Origin: a virus
Length of the DNA stretch: 64,000 bases
Reading direction: 5' to 3' (one strand)
IMG/VR virus record: IMGVR_UViG_3300028840_004217
Coordinates: 28,050 to 92,049 of that record
In this document: piece after piece, positions 29,361 through 38,147 of the stretch
Position numbering within the stretch: the first letter of the stretch is position 1
How the letters are laid out: each line of letters starts with the position of its first letter
Made by a program: the position numbers and the translations under genes
The notes under the pieces: model-generated
What the model was told of the DNA's origin: nothing
What the model saw: only the letters and a program-made list of their open reading frames with translations
Databases searched by the model: none

Positions 29361-30479
29361 TCACGAAACCCTCCCCATGCAGGCGTCATTGAAATACTTC
29401 AGGTCGTCATAGGCCAGTGGGTATTTCTCTCCGTAGTGCGCGTCCGTCATCGAGTTGATGATGAACTTGATGTCGCGCACCGACCCTATGAGGCGGCACA
29501 TCGACCACGGGATGATCAGGCGGTCCGTCCGCGTGTCCTCGCCGTGCATGCCCTGTATGCCGAGCGTGGTGTGCTCGAACTGCAACGCGCTGTCGTGATC
29601 GAGGGGTACGTGCACCCACCGCACCCACTGGTCTTTGGGAGCCTCCAGGATCGGAAGGGGGCTGGCCCGCTTGTTCCAGATCGGATCGACCATGAACACG
29701 GTATGCAGGCACCGGTTCATCTGCTGGAGCAGTTCGAGGTACAGCATCTTGTGCGGCTCGAACAGGAATGACTTCGCCGGACAGCCGGGGTTGACGCGCT
29801 TGGTCTCGAAGAACTCGACCCTGCCGTTCACGATGGCCACGCCGTCCACGTCGGCGGGCCACCCGCAGTACCACGGGTGGAGGACGTGATACACGAACAG
29901 CCTGTTGTGTATCAGGCTTTCACGCTCCGCGTCGTCCAGCTTGGTCAGCACCGTTTCGAGGGCGGTAATACGCTGGTCCTCGGTGCGGTCCTTCTCCTCA
30001 TGCTGTCGGGCGCCCTCCCACGGGCGCACCAGGGGCCGGTGATCTCTGGTCAGCCTGTAGGTCGTCAGAAGCTGGTCGATGGGCATTTTGTCCTCCCACC
30101 CTCCGTTCTGGTACAGGCGGCCTGTGAAGTCCTTCCGCTTCGCGTCGTACTGCGCGGCTACGACGACCTGGTTGTACTGTGACAGGGTGCGGGCCACGTG
30201 GGAATCGACCTGCATACGCCACGGCTCCGTCTTGGTGACGACGCGGAACCAGTACCGGGGCGGGCCGTCCTTCTCGTCGGGCATGTAATACCAGTTCGAC
30301 GATACCAGGGACCCGTCGCCCACGGCGACGGCCAGGGACCGCAGGAACACGTCCTCGAATAGGAATGATTCGAGTCGCCGGCAGTTCTCATGCTGGAGCA
30401 GCTTGCGGGCGTCGTAGTGGCTGGCCGGGTCGAACTTGCCGTCCCTGAACTCCTGTATCACGTCACGCAGGGTATTCAT
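29361..30479 (-). CDS. Hypothetical protein with a putative C-terminal PD-(D/E)XK nuclease fold
   Basis: PADVDG...FFETK motif; SD AGGAGG. Confidence 0.45.
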   Translation of the reverse strand: MNTLRDVIQEFRDGKFDPASHYDARKLLQHENCRRLESFLFEDVFLRSLAVAVGDGSLVSSNWYYMPDEKDGPPRYWFRVVTKTEPWRMQVDSHVARTLSQYNQVVVAAQYDAKRKDFTGRLYQNGGWEDKMPIDQLLTTYRLTRDHRPLVRPWEGARQHEEKDRTEDQRITALETVLTKLDDAERESLIHNRLFVYHVLHPWYCGWPADVDGVAIVNGRVEFFETKRVNPGCPAKSFLFEPHKMLYLELLQQMNRCLHTVFMVDPIWNKRASPLPILEAPKDQWVRWVHVPLDHDSALQFEHTTLGIQGMHGEDTRTDRLIIPWSMCRLIGSVRDIKFIINSMTDAHYGEKYPLAYDDLKYFNDACMGRVS

Positions 30480-30490
30480 CAGTCCTCCTG

Positions 30491-30661
30491 TGGTTTGGTT
30501 TGGCTCGCATCACTTTACTCCGCGGAACGCTGCGACGGTGCGCGTTGGTCTGCGTGGAATGTGCTTGGCATTGCGCCGCTCCGGTCCGCCGTGCTTCGGT
30601 AGACATGGCAGGGTAGGGCAGTGGTACGCGACGCGTGAGTTGACATTGGTTTGCTCCGAAT
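30491..30661 (-). ncRNA. 5-nt periodic array A (candidate guide-like RNA)
   Basis: About 34 pentamers, NN-S-C-V on the minus strand, with one 1-nt slip; ends AACCACAG then SD. Confidence 0.7.
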
Positions 30662-30663
30662 GA

Positions 30664-30951
30664 TCATCTGGTGATCGCTTTTCTCAACATCGCCATCTCG
30701 ACTTCGAGCAGAATGACCTTTTCTACGAGTTTCGTTATACCCGACACCCGCATCGGTTCTCCCGGCTTCAACTCGTATTCATCTATGAAAGCATTGATCG
30801 CTCGGTAGGCGTCGGCCTCCGTGGGTTGCGTCGGACCGGACAGGACATCGAGGGCCTTGCCGGTACCGACTGTCACCGCGCCCGTGAGCAGGTTCTTCAG
30901 AAAGGCCCGGCGTTCGGTGATGTCTTCATCGGTGAACATGATCTTGCGCAT
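30664..30951 (-). CDS. Hypothetical protein (95 aa) between arrays
   Basis: SD GAGGT; starts MRKIMF; contains RRAFLK. Confidence 0.6.
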   Translation of the reverse strand: MRKIMFTDEDITERRAFLKNLLTGAVTVGTGKALDVLSGPTQPTEADAYRAINAFIDEYELKPGEPMRVSGITKLVEKVILLEVEMAMLRKAITR

Positions 30952-30963
30952 TGTAGATACCTC

Positions 30964-31290
30964 TGCTGTGGTTCGGTCAGCCCTGGAAAGGTCATGGTTG
31001 GCCTTGGTTTGGCACGCTATACAACGGGATGGTGCGCGAAACAGTGAAACGCTCCGGTTGGCTTCGGGTAGGTATGGCGTGCCGTGAACGCTGTATGTTG
31101 TCCTCCGTTCCTCCGATGTCCGCTTCGCTTGGGATTGCTCCGCTTTGGCGTGCAAAGCGCCGCAGCACTGCGCGAGGCCGAGGCTTGGTTATCTGCGCGT
31201 TGCCGGGGGCAGCTCTGATGTGCTCAGGTGCGCGTGGTTTCACTTTGGCGTGGACAGCTCCGCAAGGCAAAGGGGAGCGGAGGTACGTTG
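30964..31290 (-). ncRNA. 5-nt periodic array B (two blocks, 30964-31084 and 31121-31290)
   Basis: 31121-31290 is 34 in-phase pentamers; on the + strand position 2 is G in 31/34 and position 3 is G/C in 31/34 (hand count). Confidence 0.75.
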
Positions 31291-31848
31291 TCATTTGCCC
31301 GGCTTCAGTATCACCGGCTCCCACCCCACGACGAGGAAACGACCGAAGGAGCCTTTCTTGGCGGGCCGGTATGCGCCGACACCCACCAGGCGGCCTGAGT
31401 CGTCGACCACCTTCTTCAACTGCTGCTCAGTGATCAGCTCGTCGTCGTACTCTACCTGGAATTTCAAACGCCACTCGTCGAAGCGCGGCCTGTAGCACCA
31501 GACCCTGCCGCCGCCTATGAACTTGTTGACGACGGTGCGCTCGTCGATGGCATACTCGGTGACGCCCAGGAACAGCTTCTCGGGCGTGATGAAGATGCAG
31601 GCCGCGGCGATCTTGGCGAGGGTGGCGCGGCCCTTGCCCTTGCTGTAGGCCCCGCCGTCGATCACGCACCGCTTCACGTTCTCTGCGGGCACGTACAGCT
31701 CCTGCGTGTCCTCGTCGCGGTAGGCGGCGTGTTCGGCCTGTTCGTCTTTGGGCAGTTTGTCGAAGTTCTCGATGGGCTGTGAGGGAAAAGCGTGCATCAG
31801 CAACCCTGGCGGCAATCCTCTGATTTCAACATCGACTTTCGCTATCAT
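31291..31848 (-). CDS. Stand-alone Cas7/RAMP-like protein
   Basis: I.G..P.LLMH first strand, YVPAENVKRC helix, RPRFDEW, and C-terminal Gly-rich loop GRLVGVGAYRP..KGSFGRF. Confidence 0.75.
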   Translation of the reverse strand: MIAKVDVEIRGLPPGLLMHAFPSQPIENFDKLPKDEQAEHAAYRDEDTQELYVPAENVKRCVIDGGAYSKGKGRATLAKIAAACIFITPEKLFLGVTEYAIDERTVVNKFIGGGRVWCYRPRFDEWRLKFQVEYDDELITEQQLKKVVDDSGRLVGVGAYRPAKKGSFGRFLVVGWEPVILKPGK

Positions 31849-31862
31849 GGTGCGGTACCTCC

Positions 31863-32347
31863 TGGCGGTGGTTCGGTTTGGTGTGATCTGCGTTGCGCAG
31901 GATCACAGGGGTTGGCAGAACAAAGGTACGTCTGGCTTTGCTGTACATTGGTTTGCGTTGCCGTTGATCGCGACGGCAGGCCGCGCTGTGATCGTATGAT
32001 TTATGTCATGTGGTCGCTCCCCCCTCTCGGACTGTGCTTTGGCAGGCGTCGGTCGGGCCAGCGTAGGCTTGCAGCGACATGGCCTGGAACGCTTTGACGT
32101 GCTCGGCAATACTCTGCTTGGATACGCAATGATTGAGTTGGCAATGAAAGGCTTCGCTCGGCTTCGCTGATCGTGGCCTTGCCGTGGCACGCCACGCAAT
32201 GCGATGCGTCTGCCGTGGCACGCGACGCTTTGGTTCTCTATGCACTGGTATGGCGTACTCCGCTGTGGCTGTCGTTGGGACGCTTTGCTTTGCAGGTCTA
32301 TGAATAGGTTGGCACTGCTGCGTTTCGGGGTGCAGCGCATTGTTACG
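31863..32347 (-). ncRNA. 5-nt periodic arrays C1 (~31863-31995) and C2 (~32035-32347)
   Basis: + strand reads tggtt cggtt tggtg tgatc tgcgt... and tgctt tggca ggcgt cggtc...; the blocks are separated by an SD and a Met-Thr-stop mini-ORF. Confidence 0.75.
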
Positions 32348-32809
32348 CTACGCATCGTAATCCTCATGATCTTCAAGGTCTCCGAGAACCCGGCGACGCT
32401 GTTCACGGAGAATCCAGCCCTTCAACGACAGACCCTCCGGTATGGCACCCGTCGCTTTCAGCGCGTCGTATTCCTGTATCGTTTCCTTCCGGTGTATATC
32501 GGCCCACGAATCGACCGTGTGGTCCTTCGGTATCTCGCCGGCACGCTGCGCCGCCAGAAAACTCACGAAGGTGCGGACCCGGTTCGACACCTGTTCTACG
32601 GACAGGCCGGGCGGCAGGCACGTCTGCGCGCACATGTAGCCGACTTCATCATCCGCCTGAAACCGGGTCCAGCCGCTTTCCACGTTCGGGTCGCTCTGTT
32701 GCTCCCGCCCGCAGACGCCGCACCGCATCATCTCACCGGAGAACAGGCCGGTGGAGAAGGTGGGTTTCGATTTCCGTTTCTTCTTTTTCCTGCGTTTCGG
32801 CTTGATCAC
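32348..32809 (-). CDS. Hypothetical protein with Lys-rich N-terminus and CxxC motifs
   Basis: SD GGGAG and GTG start at 32809; the ORF track's longer start runs into array D. Confidence 0.55.
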   Translation of the reverse strand: MIKPKRRKKKKRKSKPTFSTGLFSGEMMRCGVCGREQQSDPNVESGWTRFQADDEVGYMCAQTCLPPGLSVEQVSNRVRTFVSFLAAQRAGEIPKDHTVDSWADIHRKETIQEYDALKATGAIPEGLSLKGWILREQRRRVLGDLEDHEDYDA

Positions 32810-32825
32810 TATGTACTCCCGTCTG

Positions 32826-33003
32826 AACTGTGGTTTGCAGTACTCGGCTTTACCTCGCATATCAAGACGTCGGATCGCCAAACACCGCCCTGCTATGGCC
32901 TGCTTTGCTCGGGTTCGCCATGCTGCTCTATGCTACGCAAAGCGTCACCGCGCTATGCCCCGCAAAAGTTCACCTGGGCTGGCCTCGACCAGCATCACTG
33001 TAA
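32826..33003 (-). ncRNA. 5-nt periodic array D
   Basis: 32831-33000 is 34 in-phase pentamers; on the + strand position 3 is G/C in 33/34 and position 2 is G in 24/34 (hand count). Confidence 0.75.
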
Positions 33004-33249
33004 TCACAAGTCAATAACTTCATCCTGGGGTGTCAGGTCCTCCAGCACCACGTCGGGCGGCTGGCTGTATACCCCCTCACCCGCCGTCAGCTTCCACAGG
33101 GTGTCCTCGAAGGTCACATAGACACTTCGATTGTTGTTCACCTGGAGGGCATTGAACACCTTGCCGCATACCTGGTGAAAGTTCTTCTTGGCGGCTTCGA
33201 GCGCGTTCAGCATTTCAAAATACTCTTTGGCGAGTTCAGGAGTCAGCAT
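33004..33249 (-). CDS. Hypothetical protein
   Basis: SD GGAGG; starts MLTPEL. Confidence 0.55.
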   Translation of the reverse strand: MLTPELAKEYFEMLNALEAAKKNFHQVCGKVFNALQVNNNRSVYVTFEDTLWKLTAGEGVYSQPPDVVLEDLTPQDEVIDL

Positions 33250-34687
33250 CAGCCGTTGCCTCCGTGAACGGGTCGATCCTGCCGCCCGCGATCTCACGCC
33301 ACCCTATGTTCTCCTTCACCGCCGCCTGTACCGTGTCATACAGCCACGACAGGATCGAATGACGATGTGCGCCCCAGAAGGCGGCCCTGTTCTTCTGGCC
33401 CTCCTCCAGACACGCCTGGCATACGCCCAACCTATGGTGGTCGGGCCGGTCGGGGTTGTCGTCCGGAAACGACAGCAAGCCCACGGACGGATCCCCGCAG
33501 CCGGTGCAGGGGCGCGTGATGATGAACTCGTACACCCTCGCCGTCAGGTCGCCTTCATAGGGTATGTCCTGAAAGGTGATGGCCTGCGCGGGTCGCGCCG
33601 GTTCCTGCTCGTCCTCACCGTCGGGTGACGTGACGTGGCTGAAGATGACGCCCGGTTCAATCTCCTCGGCCAGGGGCACGCCCTCCAGGGAGAACTGCGC
33701 GATGGCCCCGGCGACCTCCGTTCGGTATTCCTCCGGTATGCCGTGGTCCTTGTATTTCACCAGCGCATCCTTGGCCACTTCGAGGGACCGGATGAGGTGG
33801 TCCACCTGTGCGTCACGCCCACCCACCTTGTCGGCCTGCTTCGGGTCGGTGATCGGGTCGGGTGCGCCGAGCAGCCTGTGGCGGTTCCGTACGGACGTCC
33901 AGGTGCGGGAGAACCCCGCCGCCTCCAGGTTGTCCAGGAGGCCCAGGGCGTCGTTCCACGTGCCGAAGTCGTTGGCGAAGTCCACGGCCTGATACAGACT
34001 CTGGCGGTGGAGCTGCGCGTCGGCGGCGAACTGGTTGACCACGTTGTCACCGTAGGCCCCCAGGCGTCCGCCGTCCTTCCGGTACTCCAGGAGGACGGAA
34101 CCGACCATCCAGTATCCTTCGACCAGCATTTCCTGTCCGTTGCGTATGCGGCGCACACCGTCGCGACACCGTTTGCACATCTCGGCCCACGCTTCTGTTT
34201 CCGTCAGTTTGGGCAGCAGTTGATCAGGAGTCGTCACTTTTTCTTTCCTTTCTGAGCGCGGCCGTTCCAGTTCTATCGTTTCAATGATCTGCTCGGTCCC
34301 TCCGGTTTGACCGAGTTTACCTTCACAGAATTGATACTTCTTGGCTTTATATCTACCGTCGATCTGCACGCTGCCTTGTCCCAGGCCGTACCGTTTACCG
34401 GTGACGCCGCAGCGTTTACACCGCATCTTGTCATAGCCGCCGGCCTCCGTGACCAGCGACGTTTTTTCCCACTCATGCGGTGTCTCGTCAGCCCCGCTGT
34501 ACAGAACGATCTTGAGGGGCTTGCGTCTGTTCTCCCCTGGCCGCAGGGTTTGGTTAAAATGACTGAACATCGTCATGGCGTCCGTCGTGGCGGATTCCTG
34601 ACTCGTCACCTGCATCTCCTCCTCGACGGGTGTTCCTATCGGCTTGTTGTCGTCATCAAGTTTGGTGTACGTCACCACCGCTTTCAT
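33236..34687 (-). CDS. Large hypothetical protein with zinc-binding motifs
   Basis: CKRCG near the N-terminus; PCTGCG...CQAC near the C-terminus. Confidence 0.6.
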   Translation of the reverse strand: MKAVVTYTKLDDDNKPIGTPVEEEMQVTSQESATTDAMTMFSHFNQTLRPGENRRKPLKIVLYSGADETPHEWEKTSLVTEAGGYDKMRCKRCGVTGKRYGLGQGSVQIDGRYKAKKYQFCEGKLGQTGGTEQIIETIELERPRSERKEKVTTPDQLLPKLTETEAWAEMCKRCRDGVRRIRNGQEMLVEGYWMVGSVLLEYRKDGGRLGAYGDNVVNQFAADAQLHRQSLYQAVDFANDFGTWNDALGLLDNLEAAGFSRTWTSVRNRHRLLGAPDPITDPKQADKVGGRDAQVDHLIRSLEVAKDALVKYKDHGIPEEYRTEVAGAIAQFSLEGVPLAEEIEPGVIFSHVTSPDGEDEQEPARPAQAITFQDIPYEGDLTARVYEFIITRPCTGCGDPSVGLLSFPDDNPDRPDHHRLGVCQACLEEGQKNRAAFWGAHRHSILSWLYDTVQAAVKENIGWREIAGGRIDPFTEATADADS

Positions 34688-35159
34688 CAGTGACTCCTCT
34701 CGATTCTATCAGGCGTATTGTGTTCATGATGATCGCGGCCAGTTGGTCATCTATCTCAAATCGCTCGAAACACTTCTCTGCCGACTTGAGGATATTCCCG
34801 TTGCGGTTGCGCAGGGCGGCGGCGCACCAGTCGCAGACCATCTCGGTCACGTCGATCAACGTCATGTCCCACACGCCGTTTTCAAAGTGCTCCGGATGAT
34901 GACGCGAGTGTGCGTTGTGATGATCGATGGCGGGCCGTATGCTGGCAAGCTGTGCCCGGTATTCGGGTGAGCCGTACTCCGTGCCCTTCATCAGAGGCGT
35001 CACCCTGGCGAACGCGGACATCTCGGGTTCGAGCAGCTTGGTCGCGTCATGCGTTTCACCGCGCACGATCAGGTGGGCGATGACGTGGTTCAGCCGCTTC
35101 TGCACTTCGCGGACGTGCTGCAGGGTCTCGAAATGCACGGCCTTCTGTTCTTCAGTCAT
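34656..35159 (-). CDS. DUF5662-like (HD-related) protein
   Basis: HDATK...HH...HHPEHF...DM.L.D..EMVCDW. Confidence 0.75.
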   Translation of the reverse strand: MTEEQKAVHFETLQHVREVQKRLNHVIAHLIVRGETHDATKLLEPEMSAFARVTPLMKGTEYGSPEYRAQLASIRPAIDHHNAHSRHHPEHFENGVWDMTLIDVTEMVCDWCAAALRNRNGNILKSAEKCFERFEIDDQLAAIIMNTIRLIESRGVTDESGGDVHQT

Positions 35160-35733
35160 GTGACACCTCTCAAAATTCAGGCCAGATCAAGTTGTCCTCC
35201 CAGGTAGGCAAGGCCACCACGACATCGCTGCCAAGCGGTTCAGCGTACAGGCACTGAATGTAAAACCAGTTGACAGGCTTGCCCCGTTTCCAGTAATCAT
35301 ACTGTGCGGTCATAGCGGGTCCTATGAACACTTCACCCTGCGTCATAGTGTTTTATACCTCCCCTGTTGCGTTCGTCCGTTAGACTGCGTGTTTGGGGCC
35401 CGGTGCGCGGAGCCTGTGTCAAGCAGAACCTGTTATCGCGCACCGGGCTGACAATCCCCCGTTTGCTTCATAGGCAGCCTCCTCTCTGTCTCATAGTGCA
35501 TCCGAATCAGTCGAGCAAATTCAAAGCCTGTGGCGGCACGCGGCGCAGGAACGGACGGATGCCGCAGTGGGGACACGGGTCGGAGATGAGGTCCAGCCCG
35601 CCGAACTTGCGCTGGACGGTCAGGACCGTCCCTGCCGGTACCCGTATCTGGCCCGTCTGCAAATCGCGGGTCGCCACGACGCGCCGCCCTTTAAGCTGCG
35701 CCTCCGTCATCTTGCGGTACCAGTTCGTGTTGT

Positions 35734-36369
35734 TCAAACCCAGAATCCTCCCTGTCGTTGTTCGGCGCGCCGCTCGGACCGCAGGAACGACTGCATCCAG
35801 GAGCCCATCCAGCACTTCTCGTTCTCACGGTTGAGCGCGTACTTGTACCGTTGGTGCAGCCGGGCGATCTCCTTCAGGTTGTCCTCGCAGATGTCCGGCC
35901 AGATGTCGAAATAAATCGTATCGTATTTGATACTTCTGTCACGGTCCCACTCGAAGATGTCCGCGCAGATGACCGTCACCGGCTTGCCGTTCGGCAGGGT
36001 GGGCTGTATCAGGTCGATCACGTCGGGCGATCGCTCCACCACGGTCACCGTGCTCACGTCGTCGTTCGACATGAGGGGATGTACGATCATGCCGAGGCCC
36101 AACCCGCCTATGAGGACGTGGCCGTTCGCGTTCAGTATGAACGTCAGGTTGGAGGACCTCTCCATCTGTGTGTCCGACATGACGAGATAACCGTCAACGA
36201 TCAACTTGCAGTAGCGTCCTTCGGGCACGTGGGTGAGGCCGGGCCGGTGGGAAAGCATCGTCCGAAAGCTGTCGCCCTTGCCCACGTCATAGTGTTTGAC
36301 TTTGGCGGTACCCTTTTCACCTTCCGGTACAATCGTGTGCATGTCGGGGAATCCTGTGAAGTCACGCAT
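35734..36369 (-). CDS. Class I SAM-dependent methyltransferase-like protein (spermidine-synthase-like)
   Basis: VMSDT, VLIGGLGLG, VTVVE, ADIF, YDTIYFDIW. Confidence 0.8.
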   Translation of the reverse strand: MRDFTGFPDMHTIVPEGEKGTAKVKHYDVGKGDSFRTMLSHRPGLTHVPEGRYCKLIVDGYLVMSDTQMERSSNLTFILNANGHVLIGGLGLGMIVHPLMSNDDVSTVTVVERSPDVIDLIQPTLPNGKPVTVICADIFEWDRDRSIKYDTIYFDIWPDICEDNLKEIARLHQRYKYALNRENEKCWMGSWMQSFLRSERRAEQRQGGFWV

Positions 36370-36649
36370 CGGTCCCTCCGTTTTTATAGGGCCTCCCGCA
36401 CGTCGGACAGGCATTCGCTCTGTGGCCGTTGCTCTGCGTGGCCCCGGTCATCTCGTTATATATCGCCATGATCTCGGTGCGGGCGAAGCGGTGGTGTCCG
36501 CCCGGCGTATTCCAGGCTTTCATCTTACCGGCCTTCACCCAGTTCTTGACGGTCTCATAGGACACCTCGAACAGGTCGGCCACTTCACCGGACGTCATCA
36601 ACGTCGATGTGGTGTCGCGTTCGCTGTTGGGGTTGGGTCTGCTGGACAT
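36362..36649 (-). CDS. BldC/excisionase-like HTH protein
   Basis: MTSGEVADLFEVS.ETV.NW...G......TPGGH.RF. Confidence 0.8.
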   Translation of the reverse strand: MSSRPNPNSERDTTSTLMTSGEVADLFEVSYETVKNWVKAGKMKAWNTPGGHHRFARTEIMAIYNEMTGATQSNGHRANACPTCGRPYKNGGTDA

Positions 36650-36665
36650 CTGTTGCCTCCTTGTG

Positions 36666-36944
36666 GTTGGTGATTGCGGCGCCCGCCCACCGACGCCACG
36701 TAACGCGCCCTCCTATGTCCTCGTGTTGCGCGTACCCGCATCGCCCGGCTTTGTTCTCCCAGGACTGCGCCGGACTGATTGTATGTGATGCCTGCCCACC
36801 GACATCACGCAACGCGTCTCCCAAAACACTCAACCTTCTACGCGCACCCCCGTCCTGCACTGCTGCCCCGGTGGGACCGCCGCCGCGCGGTGGCGTGCCG
36901 ACGAAGGTTTTGGCCGCGACGACTACGACCACACCGGGGCCGAT
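36666..36944 (-). ncRNA. Structured intergenic RNA with twin co-varying hairpins
   Basis: 24-nt hairpins at 36676-36699 and 36785-36808 share a core and differ by compensatory pairs; GCCCCGGTG/CACCGGGGC long-range stem. Confidence 0.55.
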
Positions 36945-36946
36945 AA

Positions 36947-37708
36947 TCAGAAGGGCAAATCGTCATCCGCATCGAATGACTTGGGTTCCTCGTCACCGGG
37001 TTCAGCCGTGGCCGTACCCTCCGGTGTCTCGTCAACCGGGTCGGCGTCCGCCGCTTCCTTCGCGGCCTTGTCCTTCGCCTGGAAGTGGTCTATGATTTCC
37101 GATGCGTCGCCCTTCGACAGCGTGCCCGCCAGCTTCGCCTTCAGGCGTGACCGTTGTTCATCTGTGAGGTCCTTGCGGTTCGCGATCTTCTCGACCCACG
37201 CCCTCTGCTTGTCCGTGGCCGGGTCGTCGGGTTTGCGTACCGTACGGCCGTTGCTGGAGCCGCCGCGCTGTCCCGCCGTCGATGCGTCGTCATCCTCCTG
37301 CGCGATGTTGAGGATGCCGTTCATAGAATACCGTCGGGCATAGCTGATGATCTTGCCCGCCACCTGGCCGAGTGACAACGCCTCCTTGCCCTCGTCCGTC
37401 AGTTCGGGCTGAACGTGCATCACGATGCGTTCCGACAGCCACTGTCCGGACGTGTGCGACACGATCGTTTCGATGCCGGCGAAGGCCATCGGCGTGCCGT
37501 CGTGGGTGCTGATCTGCATCTCGGACACCGGGAACTGGCTGATGGCCAGCCCGTGCTTCGTCCAGATCGGACGGGCCATGTTGAGCACCTGTTCGAGATT
37601 GGCGTATTTGCCGTAGTAACTCTTTTGATCGGCGACCACGTTTTTAACCTCTGCCTGCACTGCGGTCAGCGCGGTAGACAGTTCACCGATCTCTGCGGAC
37701 ATGTTCAT
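36947..37708 (-). CDS. erf: ERF-family single-strand annealing protein
   Basis: YANLE, LAISQ, HTSGQW, GKIISYARRY...EDDDA; acidic DDDLPF tail. Confidence 0.9.
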   Translation of the reverse strand: MNMSAEIGELSTALTAVQAEVKNVVADQKSYYGKYANLEQVLNMARPIWTKHGLAISQFPVSEMQISTHDGTPMAFAGIETIVSHTSGQWLSERIVMHVQPELTDEGKEALSLGQVAGKIISYARRYSMNGILNIAQEDDDASTAGQRGGSSNGRTVRKPDDPATDKQRAWVEKIANRKDLTDEQRSRLKAKLAGTLSKGDASEIIDHFQAKDKAAKEAADADPVDETPEGTATAEPGDEEPKSFDADDDLPF

Positions 37709-37787
37709 GGTCTTGCCTCCTTGTGTTCAGGACACCGTGGCGGTGTCCGGGTGGGTTCGGTTGATGAAATCGTATCATCACTATCAC

Positions 37788-37816
37788 AAAATAATATGAT
37801 TGTATTATTTTGTCAA
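37788..37816 (-). promoter_or_regulatory. Leftward early promoter
   Basis: TTGACA-17-TATTTT; divergent from a rightward TTGACG...TATTAT-like promoter at ~37848-37878. Confidence 0.7.
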
Positions 37817-37899
37817 GAGAAAAAACGCTATGAGGTTGTGTTTTATCTTGACGGATAGACCTATCAAGTTCTATTATCCTATATCAAAAGGGGGAACGC

Positions 37900-38109
37900 A
37901 TGACATTCACGGAGTTTTGGGACGGTTTGAAATACGGCGAACGGACGGCGATGGCAGATCGCCTCGACCGCCACGTGATGTACCTGGAGGCGGTGGCCCA
38001 CCGAAGAAAGCGTCCGTCCTTCGCGCTGGCGCAGGCCATCGCGGACGACACGGGGCAGCAGGTGACGCTGGACAGTTGGGGTGACATTTTGCAGTGGGTG
38101 GGAAAATAA
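37900..38109 (+). CDS. Cro/YdaS-like HTH regulator
   Basis: YL..VA...KRPS.ALA.AI...T.QQVT pattern; first gene of the divergent operon. Confidence 0.7.
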   Translation: MTFTEFWDGLKYGERTAMADRLDRHVMYLEAVAHRRKRPSFALAQAIADDTGQQVTLDSWGDILQWVGK

Positions 38110-38112
38110 ATC

Positions 38113-38141
38113 TTTACAAATTGAGTATAGGATATTATATT
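38113..38141 (+). promoter_or_regulatory. Promoter for a putative small RNA
   Basis: TTTACA-17-TATATT(G), same class as the early promoters; no ORF follows for ~250 nt. Confidence 0.7.
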
Positions 38142-38147
38142 GATTAC

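Noticed and set aside
30900-30951. Tat signal peptide (RRAFLK) in the 95-aa ORF
   Set aside because: The motif is present but the following hydrophobic region is weak; insufficient support.
30950-32406. ORF-track proteins across the pentamer arrays (31903-32406, 32006-32245, 30992-31324, 31029-31433, and the 5' extension of 30664-31155)
   Set aside because: Low-complexity A/R/Q/S/P translations produced by the 5-nt periodicity; no SD; the real starts lie downstream of the arrays.
30480-33005. Canonical CRISPR-Cas locus
   Set aside because: No repeat-spacer array and no cas1, cas2, cas5, cas6, cas8 or cas10; only one RAMP-like gene.
24083-36649. Integration/excision module suggested by two excisionase-like HTH genes
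   Set aside because: No integrase or att-like site is seen in the window, so lifestyle cannot be assigned.
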